This document shows, one piece after another, positions 14,666 through 25,860 of a DNA stretch of 64,000 nucleotides. How positions within the stretch are numbered: position 1 is the first letter of the stretch; each line of letters begins with the position of its first letter. This DNA is from an uncultured Gammaproteobacteria bacterium (GTDB lineage: Bacteria; Pseudomonadota; Gammaproteobacteria; DRLM01): the NCBI GenBank assembly GCA_963729605.1, contig CAVSNY010000007.1, forward strand, positions 256,001-320,000. The letters run 5' to 3'. The translations under genes and the position numbers were made by a program. The notes below the pieces were generated by a model, which made no database searches, had not been told where the DNA came from, and saw nothing but the letters and a program-made list of their open reading frames with translations.

Positions 14666-14703
14666 TTGACACTGTCTATAAATAGTACCAAAATAGTCCC
14701 CAT
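14666..14703 (+). promoter_or_regulatory. Putative sigma70 promoter of the suf operon with overlapping Rrf2-type operator
   Basis: TTGACA (14666-14671), 17 nt spacer, CAAAAT (14689-14694); AT-rich AATAGTACCAAAATAGTCCCCAT overlaps the -10. Confidence 0.55.
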
Positions 14704-14724
14704 TACGGATTCGAGGTACATCAC

Positions 14725-15198
14725 GTGCTGCGCGTGGGAAAGTTAACCGATTACGGCACGGTCGTCATGACCTACCTGGCCCGTGACCCTCACGGCTTGC
14801 ACAGTGCCAACGAAATGGCCGCTGAGCTGGGCCTGGCCTTGCCCACGGTCAGCAAAATTCTTAAGGCCTTGGTGCAAAACGGTCTTTTGGTCTCCCACCG
14901 CGGGGTCAAGGGCGGTTACAGCCTGGCCCTGGCGCCGGAAGAGATTTCGGTGGCGCAAATCATCGCCGCCATCGAGGGGCCGATCGCGCTCACCGAGTGC
15001 AGCGATGCGGCGGGGGAGTGTGAGCAGGAGCCGCTGTGTTCGGTGCGGACCAATTGGCAACGGATCAATCGCGCGGTACGCGACGCCCTGGAGCAAGTCT
15101 CCCTGGCGGAATTGGCGCGGCCCGCCCAACAACCCGTGCGCTTCGTGGCGCCGGGGACGCTGCCCGGCCGGGTGGCGCGCGAGATAGACGGAGTTTAG
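14725..15198 (+). CDS. Rrf2-family SUF Fe-S cluster assembly regulator
   Basis: w[14 protein letters not shown], three Cys (C-x6-C-x5-C); first gene of the suf operon. Confidence 0.9.
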   Translation: MLRVGKLTDYGTVVMTYLARDPHGLHSANEMAAELGLALPTVSKILKALVQNGLLVSHRGVKGGYSLALAPEEISVAQIIAAIEGPIALTECSDAAGECEQEPLCSVRTNWQRINRAVRDALEQVSLAELARPAQQPVRFVAPGTLPGRVAREIDGV

Positions 15199-15200
15199 TT

Positions 15201-16643
<1,443 letters not shown>

Positions 16644-16728
16644 TTATTCTTAACCACGGGAAACGCGGAGGCGGCTGGTTGTCGGTCCACTTGGCGAGTC
16701 CCGTGACATCAATCATGGAATTCGAGTT

Positions 16729-17484
16729 ATGTTGAGCATCAAGAATCTTAAGGTGAACGTGGACGGCAAGGCCATCCTCAAGGGCATCGATCTCGAGATC
16801 AAGGCCGGTGAGGTGCACGCCATCATGGGGCCGAACGGTTCCGGCAAATCCACCCTCGCCAATGTGCTGGCCGGTCGCGAAGGGTATGACGTCACCGACG
16901 GCGAGGTGATTTATCAAGGCCGGAATCTGCTCGAGCTGGCGCCGGAACAACGGGCGCGCGCGGGGGTATTCCTCGCCTTTCAATATCCGGTGGAAATCCC
17001 CGGCGTGAGCAACGTCTATCTGCTCAAGGCCGCGGTCAACGCGGTGCGCAAACACCGCGGCGTGGACGAACTCGACGCCATGGATTTCCTCACGCTGGTG
17101 CGCGAGAAAATGAAACTGGTGAAAATGGACGAACAATTTCTTTACCGCGCCGTCAACGAAGGTTTTTCCGGCGGCGAGAAGAAACGCAATGAGATTTTGC
17201 AAATGGCCTTGCTGGAACCGGCGCTGAGCATCCTCGACGAGACCGACTCAGGCCTCGACATCGACGCGCTGAAAATCGTTTCCGACGGCGTGAATGCTCT
17301 GCGCAGTAAAGATCGCGCCTTCGTGCTGGTGACGCATTATCAGCGGCTCCTGGACTACGTGGTGCCCGACCAGGTGCACGTGCTGGCGCATGGCCGCATC
17401 GTCAAATCCGGCGACCGCGGCCTGGCCCTGGAGCTCGAGCAAAAGGGTTACGGTTGGATCGAAACCCAAGCGGCCGCCGTGTAA
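16729..17484 (+). CDS. sufC: Fe-S cluster assembly ATPase SufC
   Basis: GPNGSGKST, FSGGEKKRNE, ILDETDSGLD. Confidence 0.97.
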   Translation: MLSIKNLKVNVDGKAILKGIDLEIKAGEVHAIMGPNGSGKSTLANVLAGREGYDVTDGEVIYQGRNLLELAPEQRARAGVFLAFQYPVEIPGVSNVYLLKAAVNAVRKHRGVDELDAMDFLTLVREKMKLVKMDEQFLYRAVNEGFSGGEKKRNEILQMALLEPALSILDETDSGLDIDALKIVSDGVNALRSKDRAFVLVTHYQRLLDYVVPDQVHVLAHGRIVKSGDRGLALELEQKGYGWIETQAAAV

Positions 17485-17502
17485 GCCGCCCAGGTCAATG
17501 AA

Positions 17503-18846
17503 ATGAATGCCGTCATGCAAGCCCATCATCATTATGCCGCCGAATTCGAGCGGGTCGAATCCGCCTTGGCGGGCGCCGCCTCGCCTTGGCTGCGCGAATT
17601 GCGCCGCAACGCCTTGGCCGTCTTCGTCGAGCGGGGTTTTCCCAGCGCCCGCGACGAGGATTGGAAATACACCCGCACCGCGGCCATCGAGAAACGCGCC
17701 TTCAATTGCGGTCCCGCGGCCACCGCGCCGCTGAATGCACAGCGTCTTCAGCAGGTGTTGCACACGGAATTCGCCGCCCACCGCATCGTCATCGTCGACG
17801 GCCGTTACCGCCCGGAATGGTCGCAACTCGACGGCCTGCCCGCCGGAGTGCGCGTCACCGCCTTGGCCGAGGCCTTGAGCGACGAGTCCTCCGGTGTGCG
17901 CACCGCGCTGGGCAAGGCGGTGAATATCCAGCGCCATCCCTTCGCCGCGCTCAATACCGCGTTCATCGATGACGGCGTCTTCATCGCTTTACAAAAAGGC
18001 ACGGTGCTCGATCAGCCCGTGCAGATCGTGTTCGTCGCCAGCGCGGCGCAAGGCGGTCACGCCACCCATCCCCGCGTGGTGGTGGCGGCGGGCGAGCACA
18101 GCCGGGCCACGTTCATCGAACGCTTCGTTGCCTTGGACGAGGCGGTGTATTTCACCAATGCCGTCACCGAGGTGGTGTTGAGCGACAATGCCCATGTCGA
18201 ACTCTGCCGTTTGCAAGAGGAAAGCGCCAAGGCCTTTCATATTTCCGGCGTGTTCGTGACGCAGGGCCGCGCCAGCCGCTTCACCTCGCACGCCATCTCG
18301 CTGGGCGCCTTGCTGGCGCGCGACGATATCGACGTGCAATTGGCGGCGCCTGGCGTGGAATGCAACTTGAACGGTTTGTACATGGCCGGCGGCCGCCAGC
18401 ATGTGGACACCCACAGTCGCGTCGATCATTTGCAGCCGCACGGCACCAGCAATGAATTTTACAAAGGCGTGCTCGACGGCCACGGCCGCGGGATATTCAA
18501 CGGCAAGGTGATCGTCCATCCCGACGCGCAGAAGACCGACGCGCGGCAGCGCAACCAGAATTTATTATTGTCCGACGACGCGGAAGCCGACACCAAGCCC
18601 GAACTGGAAATCTACGCCGACGACGTCAAATGCGCGCACGGCGCCACGGTCGGCCAGCTGGACGCCGACTCGGTGTTTTATCTGCGCTCGCGCGGTATGG
18701 ACGAGACGGCGGCGCGTAGCCTGCTGACCTACGCCTTCGCCAGCGAGATCATCGACCGCGTGCAGCTGCCGGCGATCCGCGCCTATCTGCGGCAAGCGGT
18801 GATCGCCCGCCTCCCCGGCGGGCCCGCCATCGAGGAATTTTTATGA
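17503..18846 (+). CDS. sufD: Fe-S cluster assembly protein SufD
   Basis: EDWKYT, KPELEIYADDVKCAHGAT, FYLRSRG. Confidence 0.95.
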   Translation: MNAVMQAHHHYAAEFERVESALAGAASPWLRELRRNALAVFVERGFPSARDEDWKYTRTAAIEKRAFNCGPAATAPLNAQRLQQVLHTEFAAHRIVIVDGRYRPEWSQLDGLPAGVRVTALAEALSDESSGVRTALGKAVNIQRHPFAALNTAFIDDGVFIALQKGTVLDQPVQIVFVASAAQGGHATHPRVVVAAGEHSRATFIERFVALDEAVYFTNAVTEVVLSDNAHVELCRLQEESAKAFHISGVFVTQGRASRFTSHAISLGALLARDDIDVQLAAPGVECNLNGLYMAGGRQHVDTHSRVDHLQPHGTSNEFYKGVLDGHGRGIFNGKVIVHPDAQKTDARQRNQNLLLSDDAEADTKPELEIYADDVKCAHGATVGQLDADSVFYLRSRGMDETAARSLLTYAFASEIIDRVQLPAIRAYLRQAVIARLPGGPAIEEFL

Positions 18847-20102
18847 GCAGTCCCAAGGAACGGATCGAGATCACGGCGCCGGCCGGCCTGGACGCGGCGC
18901 GCCTGCGTGCCGATTTTCCGATCTTGAATCAAACCGTGCACGGGCGGCCGCTGGTGTATCTCGACAACGCCGCCACCACGCAAAAACCGCGGCAGGTGAT
19001 TGAAGCGATCGAGCATTATTACAGCGCCGACAACGCCAATATTCATCGCGGCGTGCATACCCTGAGTCAGCGCGCCACCGACGCGTACGAGGGCGCGCGC
19101 GAAAAGGTCCGGCGTTTCATCAACGCCGCCGATCTGCGCGAGATCGTCTTCGTGCGCGGCGCCACCGAGGGCATCAACCTGGTGGCGCAGAGTTACGGCC
19201 GCAATCGTTTTAAAGCCGGCGATGAAATTCTCATCAGCGCCATGGAGCATCATTCCAATATCGTGCCCTGGCAGATGTTGTGCGAGCAGACCGGCGCGTT
19301 GTTGAAGGTCGCGCCCATCAACGACGCGGGCGAACTGATCCTCGACGAGTTTCACAAGCTGCTGTCGCCGCGCACCAAGCTGGTGGGTATGGTGCATATC
19401 TCCAACGCCCTCGGCACCGTCAATCCGGTGCAAGAGATCATCGCCGCCGCCCACGCGGTGGGCGCGGTGGTGCTGCTGGACGGCGCTCAGGCCGTCGCCC
19501 ACGCCGCGGTGGACGTGCGGGCCTTGAATTGCGATTTCTACGTGTTTTCCAGCCATAAACTCTACGGCCCCACCGGCAGCGGCGTGTTGTACGGCAAACG
19601 CGAATTGCTGGAGGCCATGCCGCCTTATCAGGGCGGCGGCGACATGATCCGCATGGTCAGCTTCGCGAAGACCGAATACAACAGCCTGCCCTACAAATTC
19701 GAGGCGGGCACGCCGCACATCGCCGGCGGCATCGGTCTCGGCGCGGCCGTCGATTACGTGACGGCCGTCGGTTTGGACGCCATCGCCCAGTACGAAGACC
19801 ATTTGCTGCGCTACGCCACCGAACAGGCCTTGCAGGTTCCCGGTCTGCGCCTGATCGGCACGGCGCGCGACAAGGCGGCGATTTTGTCCTTCGTCCTGGG
19901 GCGTATCCATCCCCACGACATCGGCACCATACTGGACCACGAAGGCGTGGCGATCCGTACCGGCCATCACTGCGCCATGCCGGTGATGGACTATTTCAAT
20001 GTGCCGGCGACCGCCCGCGCGTCGTTTGCCTTGTACAACACCCGCGCCGACGTCGATCGCCTCATCGCGGCCCTGCACAAAGTGAACGAGGTATTCGGCT
20101 GA
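18843..20102 (+). CDS. sufS: Cysteine desulfurase SufS
   Basis: YLDNAATTQKP, SSHK (PLP Lys), RTGHHCA. Confidence 0.96.
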   Translation: MSSPKERIEITAPAGLDAARLRADFPILNQTVHGRPLVYLDNAATTQKPRQVIEAIEHYYSADNANIHRGVHTLSQRATDAYEGAREKVRRFINAADLREIVFVRGATEGINLVAQSYGRNRFKAGDEILISAMEHHSNIVPWQMLCEQTGALLKVAPINDAGELILDEFHKLLSPRTKLVGMVHISNALGTVNPVQEIIAAAHAVGAVVLLDGAQAVAHAAVDVRALNCDFYVFSSHKLYGPTGSGVLYGKRELLEAMPPYQGGGDMIRMVSFAKTEYNSLPYKFEAGTPHIAGGIGLGAAVDYVTAVGLDAIAQYEDHLLRYATEQALQVPGLRLIGTARDKAAILSFVLGRIHPHDIGTILDHEGVAIRTGHHCAMPVMDYFNVPATARASFALYNTRADVDRLIAALHKVNEVFG

Positions 20103-20551
20103 TGTCCGACCTCCGCGACCTTTATCAAGAGGTGATCTTCGATCACAACCGCCACCCCCGCAATTTCGGCAAGCTGGAGGGCGCCAATCGTCACGCGGTG
20201 GGACACAATCCTCTGTGCGGCGATAGACTGACTTTGTATCTCAAGGTGGAAAACGATCTCATCAGCGACGTGCGTTTCGAAGGCATGGGCTGCGCCATCT
20301 CCACCGCCTCCGCCTCGCTGATGACCGAACGTTTGAAAGGTATGAACGTGGTGGACGCCGAGGCCTTGTTCGGGCGGTTTCACGACCTGCTGACCAACGC
20401 CGCTACCGACGACGACACCGCGTCCCTCGGCAAACTCACGGTGCTGCTCGGCGTGCGCGAGTATCCCGCGCGCGTCAAGTGCGCGACCTTGGCCTGGCAT
20501 ACCCTGCACGCGGCGCTCGCCAATCAAGATCACGCGGTGACGACGGAATAA
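20102..20551 (+). CDS. sufU: SUF system NifU-family protein SufU
   Basis: LYQEVIFDH, NPLCGD, GCAIS, RVKCATLAW. Confidence 0.93.
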   Translation: MSDLRDLYQEVIFDHNRHPRNFGKLEGANRHAVGHNPLCGDRLTLYLKVENDLISDVRFEGMGCAISTASASLMTERLKGMNVVDAEALFGRFHDLLTNAATDDDTASLGKLTVLLGVREYPARVKCATLAWHTLHAALANQDHAVTTE

Positions 20552-20553
20552 CC

Positions 20554-21105
20554 ATGCGCAGCAATGAAATCGTATCCTTGACCCGCGATTGCGAAGCGGT
20601 GCTGATCCCCGCCGGGACGCAGGTGACCCTGCCCGCCGGCCAGCAGGTCACAATCACCCAGGCCTTGGGCGGCAGTTACACCTGTTACGTCGAAGGCAGC
20701 CTGGTGCGCATCGACAGCAAAGACGCCGACGCGCTCGGCAAGTCCTTACAAGAAACCTCCGCCGATTCCGCCGAGCTCACCGGCGACGGCACGGTGGATG
20801 AAAAACTGGTGTGGGATCAGCTCGCCACGTGTTATGACCCGGAGATACCCATCAACATCGTCGAACTGGGTTTGATCTACGAATGCGATATCGTGCCGCT
20901 GCCGGAAGGTGGTAATCGCATCGACATCAAGATGACCCTCACCGCGCCGGGCTGCGGCATGGGCTCGATACTGCAAGCCGACGTGGCCAGCAAAGTGAAA
21001 AGCGTGCCCAACGTCACCGACGTCAACGTCGAGCTGGTGTTCGAGCCGCAATGGGATCAGAGCCGCATGACCGAGGCCGCGCGTTTGCAGGCCGGATTGT
21101 TTTAA
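20554..21105 (+). CDS. sufT: Fe-S assembly protein SufT (DUF59/PaaD-like)
   Basis: TQALGGSYT, CYDPEIPINIVELGL, MTLTAPGCGMG. Confidence 0.9.
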   Translation: MRSNEIVSLTRDCEAVLIPAGTQVTLPAGQQVTITQALGGSYTCYVEGSLVRIDSKDADALGKSLQETSADSAELTGDGTVDEKLVWDQLATCYDPEIPINIVELGLIYECDIVPLPEGGNRIDIKMTLTAPGCGMGSILQADVASKVKSVPNVTDVNVELVFEPQWDQSRMTEAARLQAGLF

Positions 21106-21119
21106 CGAGGCGGGTTGCG

Positions 21120-21440
21120 ATGTCGGATTGGGTAACGGTCGCCGCAGTGGCCGAGTTGACGCCGGGGACGCGGCGCATCATCGACGTGGACGACGTGCAG
21201 ATCGCCGTGTTCAATTTGAACGGCGAGTTTTACGCCATCGAAGACGTCTGCACCCACGATTACGCGCCGCTGGCCGACGCGAAGCTGGAAGGCGATGAAA
21301 TCATCTGTCCCCGCCACGGCGCGCGGTTTTGCATCAAGACCGGCGCCGTCACCGCGCCCCCCGCTTACGAAGCGGTCACCACCTTTCCGGTGCGCATCCA
21401 TGAAGGCATGGTGCAGGTCCGCGATCCGCGCTGGGATTGA
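21120..21440 (+). CDS. Rieske-type ferredoxin
   Basis: CTH...CPRH Rieske ligands; last gene of the suf cluster. Confidence 0.9.
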   Translation: MSDWVTVAAVAELTPGTRRIIDVDDVQIAVFNLNGEFYAIEDVCTHDYAPLADAKLEGDEIICPRHGARFCIKTGAVTAPPAYEAVTTFPVRIHEGMVQVRDPRWD

Positions 21441-21761
21441 ACACGCGGCCGCGCGCCGCATATTGCCTTCCCGTTTGAGGAAACTAACCGGGCGTATTCC
21501 CTCGCTTCCTCATCCATCCGTACGTTGCAGCCATCATGTTTGCGTGGAACGTCATTTGCGTTCGCGGATGATTGATTCGGTGTAAGTCTCGAAGCGTTGT
21601 CGTCGTGACGGCGCAAGACCGGTTTCGGGCGAGACGCCGCCCGGCGCGCGGTGTTGGTGACTTGGGCATGGAGGCGGCGGGATGGCGTGCGGGCAGCACG
21701 AACCTCTCCACTGCGGCGCCGGCGGCGGGAATTTGAAATCAACACCGTTATGCCTCGGCAC

Positions 21762-21902
21762 AAAAATAAATGCAGGGTGGGTTAGGCCGAAGGCCGTAAC
21801 CCGCCAAACGCCGCGTAGCGATTCATCAATCAATCCCCTTAAGGAGCGCCTGACGGCGCAGTTGGTGGGTCACGCTGCGCTAACCCACCCTACATGGATT
21901 TT
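21762..21902. repeat. GTAG-type REP element, copy 1
   Basis: AAAAATAAA-tGCAGGGTGGGTTAGGCCGAAGGCCGTAACCCGCC ... GCTAACCCACCCTAC. Confidence 0.75.
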
Positions 21903-21977
21903 AAAAAGCGGGTGCGTTGTGCCCTGTGCACTCATCCCGTTTGAGTAGTGCAGACCAGCCCCGCCACGCGAGACCGC

Positions 21978-22628
21978 TCACCCCGCATTCAATTGCCGGC
22001 CCAGTGCCAAGGTATAAATGAGGATGGCTGGGGTTTGGCAGATCAGAATCAGAAATTCGTAGGCGGCCTTTTCCAAATCCTCCATTTCGAAGCGGGTGTT
22101 GCCCCAGGCGCCGAGGCGGTCGGCGGCGGCGAGGGCGAGGCGATGGCCGGCGTAGATCCACAACAGGATCATCCCCGCCGCCGGCCAGCCCGGAAATAAG
22201 TCGGCGGCTTGGCCGGTGGCGCCGATGAGCCAATAAAACAACAGACCCGCCGCGGTGATGCCTTGCGCCGGCAGGATCAGGCCGGGCAGGGCGCCGATGA
22301 CCGGCAGCAGGGGCAGCAGCAGGCTCAATAGGAACAGCAGATTGATTAAATGGCTGAGACGATGTTCACCGCCGGCGAGCAGGTCCGGCAACGGCGGGGC
22401 CCCGGTCACGCCGTACAGCACCGGGTAGGCTATGGCGATGAAGGCCAATATCAGCGCGGCCCGCGCCAGCGGCAGATAGACATGTTCACTGAGCCAGCCG
22501 GTGACCGGGTGGTGATGCAGCCAGCCGTTCAAGCGAAACTCGGCCCACACCAGCGCGATGCTCAAGACGCCATACGCGAGCAGGGCCAGTTGCAGGGCGG
22601 GGTGGAATAAGACGGCGGTGAGCGACAT
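21978..22628 (-). CDS. Hypothetical integral membrane protein
   Basis: 216 aa with 5-6 hydrophobic segments and host-like codon usage. Confidence 0.75.
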   Translation of the reverse strand: MSLTAVLFHPALQLALLAYGVLSIALVWAEFRLNGWLHHHPVTGWLSEHVYLPLARAALILAFIAIAYPVLYGVTGAPPLPDLLAGGEHRLSHLINLLFLLSLLLPLLPVIGALPGLILPAQGITAAGLLFYWLIGATGQAADLFPGWPAAGMILLWIYAGHRLALAAADRLGAWGNTRFEMEDLEKAAYEFLILICQTPAILIYTLALGRQLNAG

Positions 22629-22750
22629 GCAGCTTAGTGTGCCAGGCCGGATGACGGGGTGTCATATCGGGCGGGTGTTGTGCGGTGAGGCTGGTATCTT
22701 GCCGCGGGGCGCGTTATTGTTTTGGTTCATCGCGGATTTACGGAGGGGAC

Positions 22751-23215
22751 GTGGCACGTTGGGGCATCACATTGTGCGCGGCACTGTGGTTGCTGACCGC
22801 CTGCGCCGTGGACTCGGTCAAGACCCAGTACGAGGGCGACGCCCCGCTGCGGACCTATAAGACCTTCGATTGGATGGCCTCCGAGAAACAGGAGGTGTCG
22901 GTGGACGACATGGCCGCGTTCCGGCTCGATGCGGCGATCCGCGACAGCCTGCACCGGGAATTGACCGCCCGCGCTTATAAATATCAAACCCTGGGGTCGC
23001 CGGATTTTTTCGTGAGCTACCGCTTGAGCGCAGCGGAGGCCGACGCTGCCAGGACCTTGGAAGTGGAAATCCACGACGGCCGGACCCGGCGTTTGGTCTG
23101 GCGCGGCTGGCTGGCGCAGGCCATTCCCGTCAAGTTAGACGAGCCGGATTTTTCCATGAACGCCCACGTCGGAACGGTGGTCCGGCAAATCCTCTATCAT
23201 TTCCCGCCTCGTTGA
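22751..23215 (+). CDS. DUF4136-like lipoprotein
   Basis: GGAGGGG RBS, GTG start, lipobox LTAC, YKTFDW, PDFFVSY, LVWRGW. Confidence 0.75.
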   Translation: MARWGITLCAALWLLTACAVDSVKTQYEGDAPLRTYKTFDWMASEKQEVSVDDMAAFRLDAAIRDSLHRELTARAYKYQTLGSPDFFVSYRLSAAEADAARTLEVEIHDGRTRRLVWRGWLAQAIPVKLDEPDFSMNAHVGTVVRQILYHFPPR

Positions 23216-23235
23216 AGCGGGCGGATCTTCGTTCT

Positions 23236-23373
23236 AAAAATAAAGGGAGGGTGGGTTAGGCCGCAGGCCGTAATCCGCCGCAGGCCGCGCAGCGACTTAT
23301 CAATCCCCAATAAGGGAGCGCGTTATGGCGCGGTTGGCGGGCCGCGTTGCCCTCACCCGCCCACATGAATTTT
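23236..23373. repeat. GTAG-type REP element, degenerate copy 2 (direct orientation to copy 1)
   Basis: AAAAATAAA-GGGAGGGTGGGTTAGGCCGCAGGCCGTAATCCGCC...ATCAATCCCC..AAGGGAGCG...CCCGCCCACATG aligns with 21762-21902. Confidence 0.7.
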
Positions 23374-23502
23374 GTAAGATGCTGCCCGAATTGCCATGTC
23401 CATCTCTTGTGAGAGCGCCGTTTAAAAATAAAGGCACGTCCTTGTGCCGCCACCGCGAATCGTCCGTGATTCTCAAACGCTCGCTCAAAGTAACCGAACT
23501 TG

Positions 23503-23913
23503 TCAGCGCGCCCGTCCCCCGCGTTTGAGGGGCGCGTGGTATTCGAACAAAAACTCCGCTTCATCATGGCGGGTCGGCGGGATGGGTGATCCCACTTGCG
23601 CCAGGGTCTCCCGCCACACACCGGGTGCGGAGAATAAAGTCCGAGTCCGGCCGACGGCGCCGAGGTCGTCGGCGTTCCACAGAAAGGCGATGGGCGTCCA
23701 TACGCCCATTGCGCGGATGGCGCTAGCTAACTCCATGCTGCTCAGCGCCTTCGCCACGCCCTGGACGACGATCCAGTCGTAATCGGGTGAACCTATCCTT
23801 AGTTCAGCGAGGGCGCCGGCGCCATCCGCGCAATGGGTGATGGCGTGTCCATTGCCCGCATCACTGAAAAAACGCTCCAGATTGGCATCCTTGCCGACGA
23901 GCAGTATTTTCAC
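23503..23913 (-). CDS. Degenerate (pseudo) response-regulator receiver protein
   Basis: MKILLVGKD...DGAGAL...YDWIVVQ...TPIAFL follows the REC pattern; GTG start overlaps the luxI stop. Confidence 0.65.
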   Translation of the reverse strand: MKILLVGKDANLERFFSDAGNGHAITHCADGAGALAELRIGSPDYDWIVVQGVAKALSSMELASAIRAMGVWTPIAFLWNADDLGAVGRTRTLFSAPGVWRETLAQVGSPIPPTRHDEAEFLFEYHAPLKRGGRAR

Positions 23914-24536
23914 GCCGCCTCCTTGCGGATGTCCCCGCCCGCCGTGGAACGCACCGCATGGCGCGTTTGCTCGTTGATGTCGATCCAGCAGGCGACGGAG
24001 AGCACATTGCCTATCCAGACGGGTGTGCCGAGCCCGAAGCGGCGCATGCTGATGCCGATGCGGCGCAATAATTTTTCAAGCGCGACGCTGGTGACGATGA
24101 CGTAGCGTTGGATGCCGTTGCGATCGGCGAAGTCCACCGCCTCCTGCATCATGCGAAACGTGAACGGATGAAAGGTGGCCTGTCGTTGTTCCGTGCTGCC
24201 CGCGGGGATCACCGCGAAACGGCTGAGCTCCCAGACCGTCGCGTCCTGCGGCGCGGCCTCGCCCTGTAACATTTGCGAAAAGACCTCGCGCAGCATATAG
24301 CGGCCGGTGGTTGGCAGCAGGCGGGCGCAGCTTTGGATTTCATTGAGGTGATTATGGGAAAACAAATAGATCGAATCGACATCGTCGTACTGGTCTTTCT
24401 CCAGCCCGTTGCTGATGTTGACATCCCACTTCAGGCGTTCGTAAAACATCTCGGTACGAAAGCGATACAGATTTTCCAATACATCGGTGTGGAGTGTGGC
24501 CCCGCTTGACCGCCCCACCTGTATCCGATTGTCCAT
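23910..24536 (-). CDS. Acyl-homoserine-lactone synthase (LuxI family)
   Basis: R..F...L.W, EKDQYD, CARLLPT, ML..VF, WELSRFA; GGGAGG RBS upstream of the ATG at 24536. Confidence 0.95.
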   Translation of the reverse strand: MDNRIQVGRSSGATLHTDVLENLYRFRTEMFYERLKWDVNISNGLEKDQYDDVDSIYLFSHNHLNEIQSCARLLPTTGRYMLREVFSQMLQGEAAPQDATVWELSRFAVIPAGSTEQRQATFHPFTFRMMQEAVDFADRNGIQRYVIVTSVALEKLLRRIGISMRRFGLGTPVWIGNVLSVACWIDINEQTRHAVRSTAGGDIRKEAA

Positions 24537-24598
24537 TTTTCCTCCCGAAAATTTGTTTTCGTTCGGACGCAAGTAGACACCGCGGCGCTGATCCGCAT

Positions 24599-24618
24599 AA
24601 CTGTCAAATCTGACAGGG
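24599..24618 (-). promoter_or_regulatory. lux box upstream of luxI
   Basis: 20-bp CCCTGTCAGATTTGACAGTT with CTGTCA/TGACAG dyad, matching NNCTG-N10-CAGNN, about 60 nt before the luxI start. Confidence 0.85.
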
Positions 24619-24638
24619 AACGGGACGGGACGGCGGGT

Positions 24639-25394
24639 TTAGGCGGGTTGGGGGGTGATGATGCCGAGCGAGATGCCGCGCGCGACCGCCTGTTGGCGAT
24701 TGATGACGCCGAGTTTTTCGGCGGCGTTGTTCAAATGAAAAACCACGGTGCGTTCGGAGATGCGCAGGATTTGGGAAATTTCCCAGGCGGTTTTTCCCTC
24801 GGCGCTCCACAACAGGCATTCTTTCTCGCGGGCGCTGAGCTGGATGTGTTGCGCCGTGATGTCCGGGCCGTCGAGGATGGCGCGGATGGCCTCGTGGATG
24901 TGGGCGAGCAGCGAGGGGGCGAACGGCACGGCGTTGAAAATGGATTGCTGCGTGTCGCGGGTGTCCTGGCCGGAGGCGAGGCTGAAGACGATCTTCTCGC
25001 CGTGACTGCCGTGCAGCGGGAAACTCACGCCGCGGCGCAGGCCGAGATCGCGCGCCTCGTTCATGAAGGCTTGCGCTACGGCATCGGCGTCGACCAGGCG
25101 CTGGCCGGTGTCCCAGCTCAGCGGTGTGATGTGCCGCACGCAGTGTTGCACGATGGGATCGCTGCGTTCGTATTGACGACCCCGATACCACGGGCCCCAG
25201 TCGTCGGGGTAACCGCTGACGATGACGGTGGTGGGTTTGACGAAGGAAGTGGGAAAACGCGCGCCGAACAGAAAGAAATCGAAACCCAATTCCTGGGTGA
25301 ATCGCGCGCACACGGCGTGGATGTCCTCGATCGTTTTCGCCTTGCCGAGGGCATCGACTAGCTCATGATAGAGCGCGGGCGTTATCATCATCAC
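24639..25394 (-). CDS. LuxR-family AHL receptor / transcriptional regulator
   Basis: Autoinducer domain GYPDDW..WY...Y...DP..W...G; HTH LSAREKECLLWSAEGKTAWEIS..L.ISERTV.FHL. Confidence 0.95.
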   Translation of the reverse strand: MMMITPALYHELVDALGKAKTIEDIHAVCARFTQELGFDFFLFGARFPTSFVKPTTVIVSGYPDDWGPWYRGRQYERSDPIVQHCVRHITPLSWDTGQRLVDADAVAQAFMNEARDLGLRRGVSFPLHGSHGEKIVFSLASGQDTRDTQQSIFNAVPFAPSLLAHIHEAIRAILDGPDITAQHIQLSAREKECLLWSAEGKTAWEISQILRISERTVVFHLNNAAEKLGVINRQQAVARGISLGIITPQPA

Positions 25395-25860
25395 CGCCTA
25401 TGCTGGAGTGGTACCGCCTTGTCGCCGACGGCGAGCGAGGGAAATGCGGGTGAGCGCGCGGGCCCCAATCCTGAGCGGCTGAAATCATACCCCCTTCCCA
25501 TGCTGATAATTAGCATATTTGCCATTGCGAGGTCTAGGCTGGCGAGGGATATCATCTCGCCCGATAATGGTGCGCGGCCATTTGATTCATCCTATAACAA
25601 GCAATTCGACGCGGTGACCGAATGTGCTGGACCAATGATACGCAACGGCCGTTACTTTCCCGGGCGGCTTTATCAATATGATTCCTAATATTTTAGTAAT
25701 GCGGCGTTTTTGCCGCTGGTAAACTCGCCGCCGGGAATGTTTGGATCGGTGGACAAGCTCCTGTAATATCGCGGCTTTCCGCTTGGTCAGCTTAATCGCC
25801 GGGAATGCGGGTCGCCGGTGGGCGGATCGGAATCAAAGTGACGTACGGGACGCAGTTCGA

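Noticed and set aside
21441-21760. Short ORFs after the Rieske ferredoxin
   Set aside because: No recognisable motif, RBS or coding bias.
25758-25780. Second lux box (CCTGTAA...) before the cytochrome-FGE gene
   Set aside because: Only the left half matches; no CAG at the symmetric position.
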